DNA from: Thermoanaerobaculia bacterium
GTDB lineage: Bacteria > Acidobacteriota > Thermoanaerobaculia > Multivoradales > JAHEKO01
Assembly: GCA_963781065.1 (NCBI GenBank)
Contig: CAWAET010000022.1
Location: 29,055 to 93,054, forward strand
Length of the DNA: 64,000 nt
Direction: 5' to 3'
The notes below the pieces were generated by a model that saw only the letters and a program-made list of their open reading frames with translations, searched no databases and had not been told where the DNA came from. Both the position numbers and the translations under genes were made by a program. Shown in pieces: positions 10,198-18,538 of this stretch (positions within the stretch are counted from its first letter, which is position 1; each line of letters opens with the position of its first letter).

Positions 10198-10212
10198 CGC
10201 GCGGCCGAACCG

Positions 10213-10908
10213 CTACTGACAGCGGTCCACCAGGGCGTCCTGGTCGTGAACCGTGATGTGGTGGCGCGGGTCGACCGAGATGAACCCGCTCTCCTTGAAG
10301 TCGACGATCACCTGGTTCACCCGCTCACGCGAGGCGCCGACCAGCGCCGCGACGTCCGACTGGGTCAGCCGCAGCGGGATGCGGACGCCGTCTTCCGTAT
10401 CGTCGCGACCGTACTGCTGAGCGAAAGCGAGGATCTGGCGCGCCACCCGGCCGCGCACGTCGAGCGTGGACAGCGCCTTGATCTGCTCGTTGGCCAGGCG
10501 CAGGCGGCGAGTAAGCAGCTGCACCAGGTTGTAGCTCAGGTGAGGCATGGTGCGCAGGCACTCGCTGAACGCCATGCGGTTCATCGCCAGACACGAGCAC
10601 TGCTCGAGCGCCAGCACGTTGGCCGAGCGGCCGGCGCTGTCCAGCAGGCTCATCTCACCAAAGGTGTCGCCCGAGCCGAGAAAGGCGAGGATGACCTCCG
10701 AGCCGTCGATCTGATCGACGAAGATCTTCACCGTGCCCTCGAGCAGCATGTAGACCAGCTCGCCGGTCTTCTCGACCGTGATGATGAAGGTGCCGGGACG
10801 GAAGCTCTTGCGCAGCAGGCGCTGATTGAGCTGCTGCAGGTCCGCTTCCCCGAGCCCGTCGAACAGGGGTATGCCGACGAGCTGGTGGGGATCTTCCACG
10901 CCCGTCAT
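10213..10908 (-). CDS. Crp/Fnr family transcriptional regulator
   Basis: cNMP-binding-like region (IPLFDGLGEADLQQL, FGEMSLLD) and a C-terminal HTH (LTQSDVAALVGASRERVNQVI). ATG at 10906-10908 chosen. The upstream extension is R/A-rich. Confidence 0.8.
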   Translation of the reverse strand: MTGVEDPHQLVGIPLFDGLGEADLQQLNQRLLRKSFRPGTFIITVEKTGELVYMLLEGTVKIFVDQIDGSEVILAFLGSGDTFGEMSLLDSAGRSANVLALEQCSCLAMNRMAFSECLRTMPHLSYNLVQLLTRRLRLANEQIKALSTLDVRGRVARQILAFAQQYGRDDTEDGVRIPLRLTQSDVAALVGASRERVNQVIVDFKESGFISVDPRHHITVHDQDALVDRCQ

Positions 10909-11078
10909 GCGGGCTCGCTCCCCCTGCGCTTGCCGACCGCCCGCCCCGGACGCTGCCGGGCGGTGACCGCGGGCGCGCGACCGGGCGGCGAAAGCGGGCC
11001 CCATCGGCTGAGCTTCCTCGGCATCAGGCAGTGTCTCCGCGGCAGATTTGCCGCCGAGATCCTACCACGCCCGGCGCC

Positions 11079-11321
11079 TCAGCCGGCCTTGTAGCTACGC
11101 CCGGCGCCGTTCTCGATCGCCAGGTCCGGCGGCTGCTGCAGACCCCGCTCGACCAGCTCGCCGACCCGGGAAGCGTCGTTGAGATAGTGCTCTTCGCCGG
11201 TCCTGAGGTTGCGCACATAGACCCGTACGACGTCGGGCCGATCGTCGACCTCTCGCGGCTCCTTCCAGCAACGGACGAGGAAGGAGTCGCTCGTCTGTCG
11301 CGCTTGACGCCTTCCATTCAT
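11079..11321 (-). CDS. small hypothetical protein (80 aa)
   Basis: GGAGGG lies 7 nt upstream of the ATG. Composition is non-shadow. The FLVRCWKEPRE...VRVYVRNLRTGEEHYLND pattern recalls uncharacterised small proteins often found beside large SARP/LuxR-AAA regulators. Confidence 0.6.
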   Translation of the reverse strand: MNGRRQARQTSDSFLVRCWKEPREVDDRPDVVRVYVRNLRTGEEHYLNDASRVGELVERGLQQPPDLAIENGAGRSYKAG

Positions 11322-11419
11322 TCGCAGCCCTCCGAGGTCTTTTCCGCCGGGACTTCCGCGTCCACAAGGACTGCGCCGCCCCGGCGATACTCGCCAACGT
11401 CGCCAAAGTAGCCCAGAGG

Positions 11420-11447
11420 CGTCAGGAGATCGTCAGGAGGCGTCGAA
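11420..11447 (-). promoter_or_regulatory. heptamer direct-repeat box (SARP-box-like), plus-strand CGTCAGG-agat-CGTCAGG-agg-CGTCGAA
   Basis: Repeat periods are 11 and 10 nt. On the minus strand the proximal CCTGACG lies 9 nt upstream of TACTTT (11405-11410). The box sits in the divergent region between the small ORF and the SARP-type regulator. The same box recurs at 44898-44925. Confidence 0.45.
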
Positions 11448-11531
11448 CCGCGCCGCCGCGCTGCTACAATCCCGCCATCGGAAGGGCGCTTGGGGCTGGT
11501 CTGGCGCTGGCGCTTGGTCAGTGGGGCTCAC

Positions 11532-13838
11532 ATGAGTGACATCGAGATCCGTCTGCTGGGCGGTTTCGACATTCGCTGCGGCGAGGCGGCAGTGCGACGT
11601 TTCGAGTCGCAGAAAGCGCGTGGGCTGCTCGCCTATCTGGCGCTGCACCGCAACCAGGCGCTGAGCCGGGAGCACGTCTCCACCCTGCTGTGGTGCGACA
11701 AGGACGAGACCGCTGCCCGGCGCAACCTGCGCCAGGTGCTCTACAGCCTGCGCACCGTCTTCACCGAGGCCGGGCTGAGCGCCGAGCTGCTGCTCGGCGC
11801 CGCCAAGGAGATCAAGCTCCACCCCGACATCGACGTGCGGGTGGACGTGGTCGACTTCGAAGAGGCCATCCGGCGCGGACTCGACGGCACCGAGCCCGAT
11901 TCGCAACAGCTCGGCCGAGCCGCCCGGCTGTACATCGGCGACTTCTTGAGCGGTTTCTTCGTCCGCGACTGCCCGCAGTTCGAGGAGTGGCTGATCACCA
12001 CGCAGGAGCGGCTGCGCGAGGCGGCCCTGGCCGCCTTTCACACCCTGGTCGGCGCCTGTCTCAGACGCGGCGAGTCGCGCATGGGCATCCACTACGCCCG
12101 CCGCCTGCTGGCGATCGACCCGCTGTCGGAGCGGGCGCACCGCCAGTTGATGCGCCTGTACGCCCTGTCGAGCCGCCGCACCCGGGCCCTGGCCCAGTTC
12201 GAGGAGCTGCGCAACCTGCTCAACCAGGAGCTCGGCGTCGAGCCGCTGGCCGAGACCACCGAGCTCTACCAGGCGATCCTGCTCGAGGAGGTGCCCGAGG
12301 AGTCGGCCGGCGAAGAGCCGATGGGCCCCCTGATCCCGCTCGCCGGGCGGAGCGAAGAGCTGGCCGAGCTGCAGGGCTCGTGGCAGCAGGTCCTCGAGCA
12401 CGGCGCCCGGCTGGTGCTGATCAGCGGCGAGACCGGCGTCGGCAAGACCCGGCTGGTCAAGACCTGCGTCGACCGCGCCAGCTCGCAGCGCCGCACCCGG
12501 GTGCTGCGCGGCCGCGCCTACGAGGCCGCCCCGGCGCTGGCCTACGGCCCCTGGGCCGAGATCGTCACGACGGTCTTCGCCGACCTGATGCCGGACGAAG
12601 AGCTCGATCCCGAGCAGATCGACATGCGGTCGATCTCCGACCTGGCCCTGATGGCGCCGCAGCTGGCGGCGCTCGACCCCGAGCTGCTGGGCGGGCCGGC
12701 GCGGCGCGAAGACGGCGATGCGACTCGGCTGCCCGAGTCGCTGGGGCTGCTGCTGGCGGCCCTCACCGAGGGGCAGGACGGCGGCCGGACGCCGATGATC
12801 CTCATGCTGAGCGACCTGCACTGGGCCGCCGCGGAAAGCCTGGACCTGCTCCAGCTGCTGGCGCCGCAGCTCGCCGGACTCCCCGTCCTGGTGCTCGCCA
12901 CCGTCGACCCCACGGTGCCCGGGCTGGCGCATCCGCTCCTCACCGGCGGCGCGACCGACATCGGTCTGCCGGTCGACCGTCTGGCCCTCGGCCGCCTGCC
13001 GACCGAGGCCCTGGCCGAGATCGCCGACGCCCTGGTGCCCTCGGAGGACAGTCCCTGGCTGGCCGAGCTGTTGGAAGCCTGGTCCGGCGGCCTGCCGCTG
13101 GCGGTGACCGAGCTGATCAACTACCTGTGGGACGAGGACGTGCTGATCGCCCGCCAGCCCGGAGGCTGGACCGTGGACCGCGAGCGCGCCGAGACCTGCG
13201 AGCCGCCGGCAAGCCTCCACGACCTGATCGTCAGCCGATTCCGTGGCCTGCCGGCCTCGGCCCGGCGGCTGCTGGCACTGGCCGGTGTCATCGGGCAGCG
13301 CTTCGACGTCGACCTGCTGCGGGTCGCCGGCGACGAGAACCTCGCCGTCGTCGAGGCCTGCATCGAACTGATGCTGCAGCGCTGGCTGATCCGCCAGTTC
13401 CCCCGCACCTGGACCCACACCGGCCGCGAGCGCGACATCGTGCTGTTCGCCCGCGGCGCCCGCCGCGGCATCTTCGAGTTCGCGCACGAATCGATCCGCA
13501 GCGCCATCGTCGCCGACGTCAACCCGCTACGGCGGCAGGTGATGCACCGCGACACAGCGGCCGCTCTGGCCCAGATCTATGCCGAGGACTCCGAGTCGGT
13601 CTGTGAGGCCACCGCCCACCACCTGATCGAGGGCGGCGAGATCGACCGCGCGCGGGACTGCCTGATGATGGCGGCCGAGCGGGCGCGGCTGGCCGGTGCC
13701 ACTACCACCGAGAGCCGCTATCTCGAGCGCTGGCGGACATCGCTGGGCCGCAACAAGGGCTCCCGCGCGGCACCCGGCGAGCGCGAGCACATCGAGCAGC
13801 GGCTGAGCGAGATCGCCGCCCTCCAGCCGCCGGGCTAG
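11532..13838 (+). CDS. SARP/AfsR-family regulator (winged-helix + BTAD + AAA ATPase + helical repeats)
   Basis: MSDIEIRLLGGFDI...QKARGLLAYLALH (OmpR-type DNA-binding domain), a BTAD region (FEEWL...ELYQAIL) and a P-loop (ISGETGVGKTRLV). ATG at 11532. Confidence 0.85.
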   Translation: MSDIEIRLLGGFDIRCGEAAVRRFESQKARGLLAYLALHRNQALSREHVSTLLWCDKDETAARRNLRQVLYSLRTVFTEAGLSAELLLGAAKEIKLHPDIDVRVDVVDFEEAIRRGLDGTEPDSQQLGRAARLYIGDFLSGFFVRDCPQFEEWLITTQERLREAALAAFHTLVGACLRRGESRMGIHYARRLLAIDPLSERAHRQLMRLYALSSRRTRALAQFEELRNLLNQELGVEPLAETTELYQAILLEEVPEESAGEEPMGPLIPLAGRSEELAELQGSWQQVLEHGARLVLISGETGVGKTRLVKTCVDRASSQRRTRVLRGRAYEAAPALAYGPWAEIVTTVFADLMPDEELDPEQIDMRSISDLALMAPQLAALDPELLGGPARREDGDATRLPESLGLLLAALTEGQDGGRTPMILMLSDLHWAAAESLDLLQLLAPQLAGLPVLVLATVDPTVPGLAHPLLTGGATDIGLPVDRLALGRLPTEALAEIADALVPSEDSPWLAELLEAWSGGLPLAVTELINYLWDEDVLIARQPGGWTVDRERAETCEPPASLHDLIVSRFRGLPASARRLLALAGVIGQRFDVDLLRVAGDENLAVVEACIELMLQRWLIRQFPRTWTHTGRERDIVLFARGARRGIFEFAHESIRSAIVADVNPLRRQVMHRDTAAALAQIYAEDSESVCEATAHHLIEGGEIDRARDCLMMAAERARLAGATTTESRYLERWRTSLGRNKGSRAAPGEREHIEQRLSEIAALQPPG

Positions 13839-13856
13839 CCTGCGACCGGCAAGTGG

Positions 13857-14582
13857 CTATCCGACGTAGAGATCGAAGAATCGCCGGATCAGCAGCGCCG
13901 CCTCGGCCGACGGCGACAGCAGGCGCGAGACCTCATCCGCCGTGGTCCGCTCGGCAAGATAGCCGTCGCGGTACCACAGCAGCCGCGCCGCCATGTGATC
14001 GACGGTCATCTCGCTGTGAAACTGGGTGCTGTAGATCGGCCGGCCCGGAGCGCGCAGCGCCTGGAACGGGCAACGTTCCGAGGCCGCCAGCTCGACCAGC
14101 CCCGGCGGCAGCCGCTGCACCCGATCGTGGTGGCCCAGCTGGACCGCGAAGCGCGCCGGCAGGCCGGCACACAGCGGATCCTGCCGGCCGGCGGCGGTCA
14201 GCCGGATCTCGAACGTGCCCACCTCGCCGGTCGACGGATCGGTGACCACCCGGCCGCCCATCGCGTCGACCAGCGCGTGGTGGCCGTAGCAGGAGGCAAA
14301 CAGCGGCCGGCGCTCGTCCACCAGGCGCAGCAGCGTCTCGCGCAGCGGTTGGCTGAAGGGATAGGCCGCCGTGACGGTGTGGGCGCCGGCGCCGCCGACC
14401 ATCACGGCGTCGAACCGGCTCACTTTTCGCCAGTCGAGGCGCGGCTCCTCGACCAGGTTGTGACAGGTCAGCCGCTCGGGCCGCAGCTCGGCTGCCTCGA
14501 GAAAGCACAGCCGCTCCTGTTCCTCGGCGCGCGGCTCGTCGCGCACCTGCAGCAGCAGCACCCGCGGCTCGGCCCGGCCCAT
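13857..14582 (-). CDS. class I glutamine amidotransferase-like protein
   Basis: Motifs FASCYGHHAL and YSTQFHSE (Cys-His type GATase1) in the 241-aa C-terminal part of ORF 13857..14981. ATG at 14580-14582. Confidence 0.7.
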   Translation of the reverse strand: MGRAEPRVLLLQVRDEPRAEEQERLCFLEAAELRPERLTCHNLVEEPRLDWRKVSRFDAVMVGGAGAHTVTAAYPFSQPLRETLLRLVDERRPLFASCYGHHALVDAMGGRVVTDPSTGEVGTFEIRLTAAGRQDPLCAGLPARFAVQLGHHDRVQRLPPGLVELAASERCPFQALRAPGRPIYSTQFHSEMTVDHMAARLLWYRDGYLAERTTADEVSRLLSPSAEAALLIRRFFDLYVG

Positions 14583-14608
14583 GCCGTGAGCGCCCACCGC
14601 CGTGACGC

Positions 14609-15508
14609 TCAGCCCAGGCCGAGGAAGCCGCGAACCACGTGCCGGGCCACTTCCGGGTTCTCGCGCAGCCGGCGGATCGAGTAGGCGTACCAGTCTCGCC
14701 CGTAGGGCACGTAGACCCGCAGCCGGTGCCCCTCGGCCAGCAGGATGCGGCGCAGCTCCTCGTCGACTCCGAGCAGCATCTGGAACTCGTAGCGGTCCCG
14801 GGGCAGCCGGTGGCGGTCGATCAGCTCGCGGGCGGCGCAGACCAGGTACTCGTCGTGGGTGGCAATGCCGACGTAGACCCCCTGGCGGATCAGCTTGTCG
14901 AGCGCCGCCACGAAGTTGCGCCGCACGGTCTCGTAGCCCTTCCAGGCGACGGTCCGCGGCTCGATGTAGATCCCCTTGCACAGCCTTGCGTTGGCGCCGT
15001 CGGCCGGCAGCGCGGCGATGTCGTCCAGGGTGCGGCGCATGTAGGCCTGGAAGACCACCCCCAGGTTGCCGTGCCGCGGCTGCAGCTCGTGGTAGATCCG
15101 CAGCGTGGCGTCGGTTGCCGTGCGGTCCTCCATGTCGAGGCGCAGGAAGTTGCCGTGGCGGGCTGCCACGGCGGCGATGCGGTCGACGTTGTCGCGGCAG
15201 AACGACTCGTCGATCTCGAGGCCGACCATGGTCAGCTTGATCGAGACGTTGGAGTCGAGCCCACGGCGCTCGATCTCGTCGAACAGCCGCAAGTACTCCT
15301 CTACCGCCGCCTCGGCCCGGCGGCGGTCGGTGACCTCCTCGCCCAGCAGGTCGAGGGTGGCCATGGCGCCGGTCTCGTTGAGGCCGGCGATGACCTCGAA
15401 CGCCCGCTCGCGGCTCTCGCCGGCGACGTAGCGGCGCGCCACTTTGCCGACCAAGAACCTGGGAACCAGCGGCAGGCCGACGACGACCAAGCGGCCGAAC
15501 AGGCTCAT
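14609..15508 (-). CDS. proline dehydrogenase family protein
   Basis: Motifs SIKLTMVGL, FLRLDMED, QAYMRRT, RLCKGIY, YEFQMLLGV and VYVPYG. ATG at 15506-15508. Confidence 0.8.
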   Translation of the reverse strand: MSLFGRLVVVGLPLVPRFLVGKVARRYVAGESRERAFEVIAGLNETGAMATLDLLGEEVTDRRRAEAAVEEYLRLFDEIERRGLDSNVSIKLTMVGLEIDESFCRDNVDRIAAVAARHGNFLRLDMEDRTATDATLRIYHELQPRHGNLGVVFQAYMRRTLDDIAALPADGANARLCKGIYIEPRTVAWKGYETVRRNFVAALDKLIRQGVYVGIATHDEYLVCAARELIDRHRLPRDRYEFQMLLGVDEELRRILLAEGHRLRVYVPYGRDWYAYSIRRLRENPEVARHVVRGFLGLG

Positions 15509-15545
15509 GCCGCTCGCGTCGGGCGGCGTGAATGGCGGGGGCGGT

Positions 15546-16886
15546 TCACGCCGAGTCGCCGCCCTCGACGCCGGCCCCGGCCTCCGGCGCGTCGGCCACC
15601 CAGCGCACCGACTTGGAGCACGGGCAGACGCCGCCCACCCGGCGCAGGTCCGGCATCGCCGAGACCGCGTCGCGCAACGTGGACTCGCCGGCGGCCAGCT
15701 TCTGCGCCTGCTCCACGTAGTGCCGGAAGTCGCGGCTGGCACGGTAGGCGTCGGGCAGGTGCTTGCGCAGATGCTCGAGATAGGAGGCCAGGTCGTCGAA
15801 GCTCTCGCCCTGCCAGCCGGTGAGCTCGAAGGCCGGCACCCCCCGCCGGCGAAAGAAGGCGCGGTGGGGCAGGTGCACCAGGTCCTCCCAGGCGATCCCC
15901 TGCTCGCTGCCGTGCTCGGCCAGGATCCGGTCGAGCACCTTCTCGGCCTGCTTCAGGTCGAGCCCCGGGATGCGCGCCCGGATATAGCGCATGTTGAGGT
16001 CGCGCACCAGCTTCTCGACCTCTTCGATGTAGAGATCCTGCGCCTCCAGGTTCTTCATCGGCTTGAGGCCGAACCGGACGTTGGTGCCGCCGCCGCGCTC
16101 GTCGCCGAACATCTCGAGGCCGCGCGGGAACCACTTGTTGATCGTCTTCTGGATGTCCGACGTGGCGACATAGGGCAGCTCGCGGGCCGCCTGCTCCATC
16201 CAGCGCCGCAGCGGCACCACCCCGGCCGCCAGGTGGAAGGCCTCCTCGCGCAGCATCTGCGGCATGCTCTCGGCCATCGGCTTGTAGGCGCTGACCCGCT
16301 GCATGTTGAGCTGGTACTTGCCGACGCGGTCGATAAGGGCGCAGAAGACGGCGTTGTCGACGAAGGAGTCGAAGTCGACGTTGAAGGCCCCCAGGATGTG
16401 GGAGCCGGTGCGCATCGACAGGGTCTCCTCGACCAGCTGATCGCCGCCGACGTCGGATACCGACGTCCAGTCGTCCTCGAGCAGCAGATGCAGCATCTGG
16501 TAGCCGTGGCGCAGCTCCTCGGCCATCATCCGCAGGATCCAGAACTGCTCCTCCTCGTTCTGCGCCCGCGCCAGCGTCAGCTGGTGCTGCTGGATCGAGC
16601 CGAACTCGGTCGACGCCTGGGCGCGGATCGCCCCCAGCAGATGCGCCGCCTGCTCCGGGTGGAGGTCCGCGGCGCGGGTGCGCTTGGGCTCGCCCTCGGC
16701 ATCGCCGCACTCGATCTCGTTGCAGATCCCCAGCTCGCGGAAAGCGCAGAGCTCGAAGGGGCGGTCGCGGGGAAAGTGCTTGTCCCAGTTCTCGACCAGG
16801 AAGTCGTAGTCGGGCAGAAAAGTCTGCCGCCACTTGACCACGGCGTCGTGGTACTTGCCCGGTAGACGGGTCTTGGTCATCCGCAT
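15546..16886 (-). CDS. ferritin-like diiron oxygenase, BoxB/PaaA-like (assignment tentative)
   Basis: 446 aa from [14 protein letters not shown] and [11 protein letters not shown] are candidate diiron E / ExxH motifs, with [10 protein letters not shown] further on. No partner reductase or hydrolase genes lie nearby. Confidence 0.5.
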   Translation of the reverse strand: MRMTKTRLPGKYHDAVVKWRQTFLPDYDFLVENWDKHFPRDRPFELCAFRELGICNEIECGDAEGEPKRTRAADLHPEQAAHLLGAIRAQASTEFGSIQQHQLTLARAQNEEEQFWILRMMAEELRHGYQMLHLLLEDDWTSVSDVGGDQLVEETLSMRTGSHILGAFNVDFDSFVDNAVFCALIDRVGKYQLNMQRVSAYKPMAESMPQMLREEAFHLAAGVVPLRRWMEQAARELPYVATSDIQKTINKWFPRGLEMFGDERGGGTNVRFGLKPMKNLEAQDLYIEEVEKLVRDLNMRYIRARIPGLDLKQAEKVLDRILAEHGSEQGIAWEDLVHLPHRAFFRRRGVPAFELTGWQGESFDDLASYLEHLRKHLPDAYRASRDFRHYVEQAQKLAAGESTLRDAVSAMPDLRRVGGVCPCSKSVRWVADAPEAGAGVEGGDSA

Positions 16887-16891
16887 GCCTG

Positions 16892-17353
16892 CTAGGTCCC
16901 CTCTCCCAGCCGTTTGACGAACGGCCGCAGCGACGACGGCTGGAAGCCGAGGCTCTCGAAGAAGCGCTCGATGCCGGTCATCTCCGCGTTCACCATGGTG
17001 CGCACCGCGGTGGCGCCCTGGGCCTCGAAATAGGCCATCATGGCCTCGGCCAGCCGTCGCCCGACCGCCTGGCCGCGGGCCTCGGGATCGACGCCCAGGA
17101 CCTCGATCCAGCCGGTGGGCTCCTCCATGCCGAACTCGCCCGAGCGGATCTCGCCGAACATGAAGCCCACCACGCGGCCGCCGCTCTCGGCCACCACCGA
17201 GGCCTCCGGATCGCGCCGCGAGTAGTAAGCCATGCGCTGCTCCCAGACGTCGGGCCGGTAGTCGCCGCCGATCTTCTCGTCGATACCGATGATCTCCCCG
17301 AGGTCCGTGTCCTCGAGGCAGCGGATCCGCACTTCTGGCGTCGTCTCGCTCAT
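16892..17353 (-). CDS. GNAT family N-acetyltransferase
   Basis: [16 protein letters not shown] is an acetyl-CoA binding motif (Q/RxxGxG/A). Confidence 0.8.
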   Translation of the reverse strand: MSETTPEVRIRCLEDTDLGEIIGIDEKIGGDYRPDVWEQRMAYYSRRDPEASVVAESGGRVVGFMFGEIRSGEFGMEEPTGWIEVLGVDPEARGQAVGRRLAEAMMAYFEAQGATAVRTMVNAEMTGIERFFESLGFQPSSLRPFVKRLGEGT

Positions 17354-17479
17354 CTTGATGTCGCCGGTTCTCGATCCCGGCCCTCCATTGCGCCAACTGA
17401 GACCAGTCTACCCGCCGGCTGGGAATGGCGGCAACAGGTTTCCCGGCAAACAGGTGCTTCGCGAGCGCCTGCCAACCGG

Positions 17480-18431
17480 ATGCCCAGCCGCAGTTCGATA
17501 GACTCCAAGCCGGTGAGCGAATCTCTGGTACAGATCGGACGGCGAGAGCGATCGGGGGGACGGCCGCCCTGGCTGCGCATCCGTCTGGCGACCCCCGAGC
17601 CCTACCACCAGGTCAAGGGGCTGGTGGAAAAGCTGAGCCTCAACACCGTCTGCCAGGAGGCCCGCTGCCCCAACATCTACGAGTGCTGGGGCGAGCACGG
17701 CACCGCCACCTTCATGATCCTGGGCGACGTCTGCACCCGCCGCTGCGGCTTTTGCGCCGTCACTACCGGCCGGCCGGCGCCGGGCGGTCGACGCCGACGA
17801 GCCCGAGCACGTGGCCGAGGCGGTGGCGACGATGGGCCTCAAGCACGCCGTGATCACGTCGGTCGACCGGGACGACCTTCCGGACGGCGGCGCCGGCCAC
17901 TTCGCCGAAGTGATCGAGGCGATCCACCGCCGCCGCCCGCAGACCGGGGTCGAGGTGCTGACGCCGGACTTCCGCGGCGTCGGCGAGGCGCTCGACGTCG
18001 TGCTGGCGGCGCGGCCGGAGGTCTTCTCGCACAACATGGAGACGGTGCCGCGGCTCTACCGCCAGGCGCGCCCCGGCAGCAGCTACCGGCGCTCGCTGGC
18101 GCTGCTCGAGGACGCCGCCGGGCGGCGCGACGCCGGCCGCTATCCCGGCACCATCAAGACCAGCATCATGGTCGGGCTGGGCGAGCGGCCCGAGGAGGTG
18201 AGCGCGACCCTGGGCGACATCCGCGCCGCCGGCGTCGAGGTGCTCACCATCGGCCAGTACCTGCAGCCGACCCGCGACCACCTGCCGGTCGACCGCTGGG
18301 TCCACCCCGACGAGTTCGCCGCCTACCGCGACGAGGCCCTGGCGCTGGGCTTCCGCCACTGCGAGTCGGGCCCCATGGTGCGCAGCTCGTACCACGCCCA
18401 CGAGCACGTCGGCGCCAGCCTGCGGGACTGA
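17480..18431 (+). pseudogene. lipA: lipoyl synthase, reading frame broken by a net +1 nt near 17777-17786 (real pseudogene or consensus error)
   Basis: The N-terminal part ([23 protein letters not shown]) is in the frame of 17480. The continuation ([31 protein letters not shown] ... SSYHA) is in the frame of 17811..18431. There are 10 nt where a multiple of 3 is required. Confidence 0.85.
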
Positions 18432-18467
18432 CCCGATCCGCCGCCCGGCCCCGATCCGCTGCCCGGC
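18432..18467. repeat. 18-nt tandem duplication (CCCGATCCGCYGCCCGGC x2) just after the lipA stop
   Basis: Direct reading, one mismatch between the copies. Confidence 0.7.
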
Positions 18468-18538
18468 CCCGGCTGGCGGCGCCGTGGCCAGGCTGGCCGA
18501 TCACACGTCGAGGCCCGCAGCGGGCGGCCGAGCCCCGC

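Noticed and set aside
9130-11094. Very long ORFs lying opposite or out of frame to well-supported genes. Examples: 9130..11094 (+), 11433..13487 (-), 31901..34513 (+), 34526..36823 (+), 41916..44882 (+, 988 aa), 50120..52438 (+), 5820..7472 (+).
   Set aside because: Their extreme Arg/Ala/Gly/Pro-rich low-complexity translations are typical of shadow frames in about 70% GC DNA. Each overlaps a gene with clear family motifs. None has a credible RBS or domain.
17777-17786. The lipA, fbaB and cyclase frame breaks could be programmed ribosomal frameshifts like the one in prfB.
   Set aside because: There is no slippery heptamer, no in-frame stop at the shift point, and no upstream SD-like stimulator or downstream structure. 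These families are not known to use recoding. Indel error or pseudogenisation is more parsimonious.
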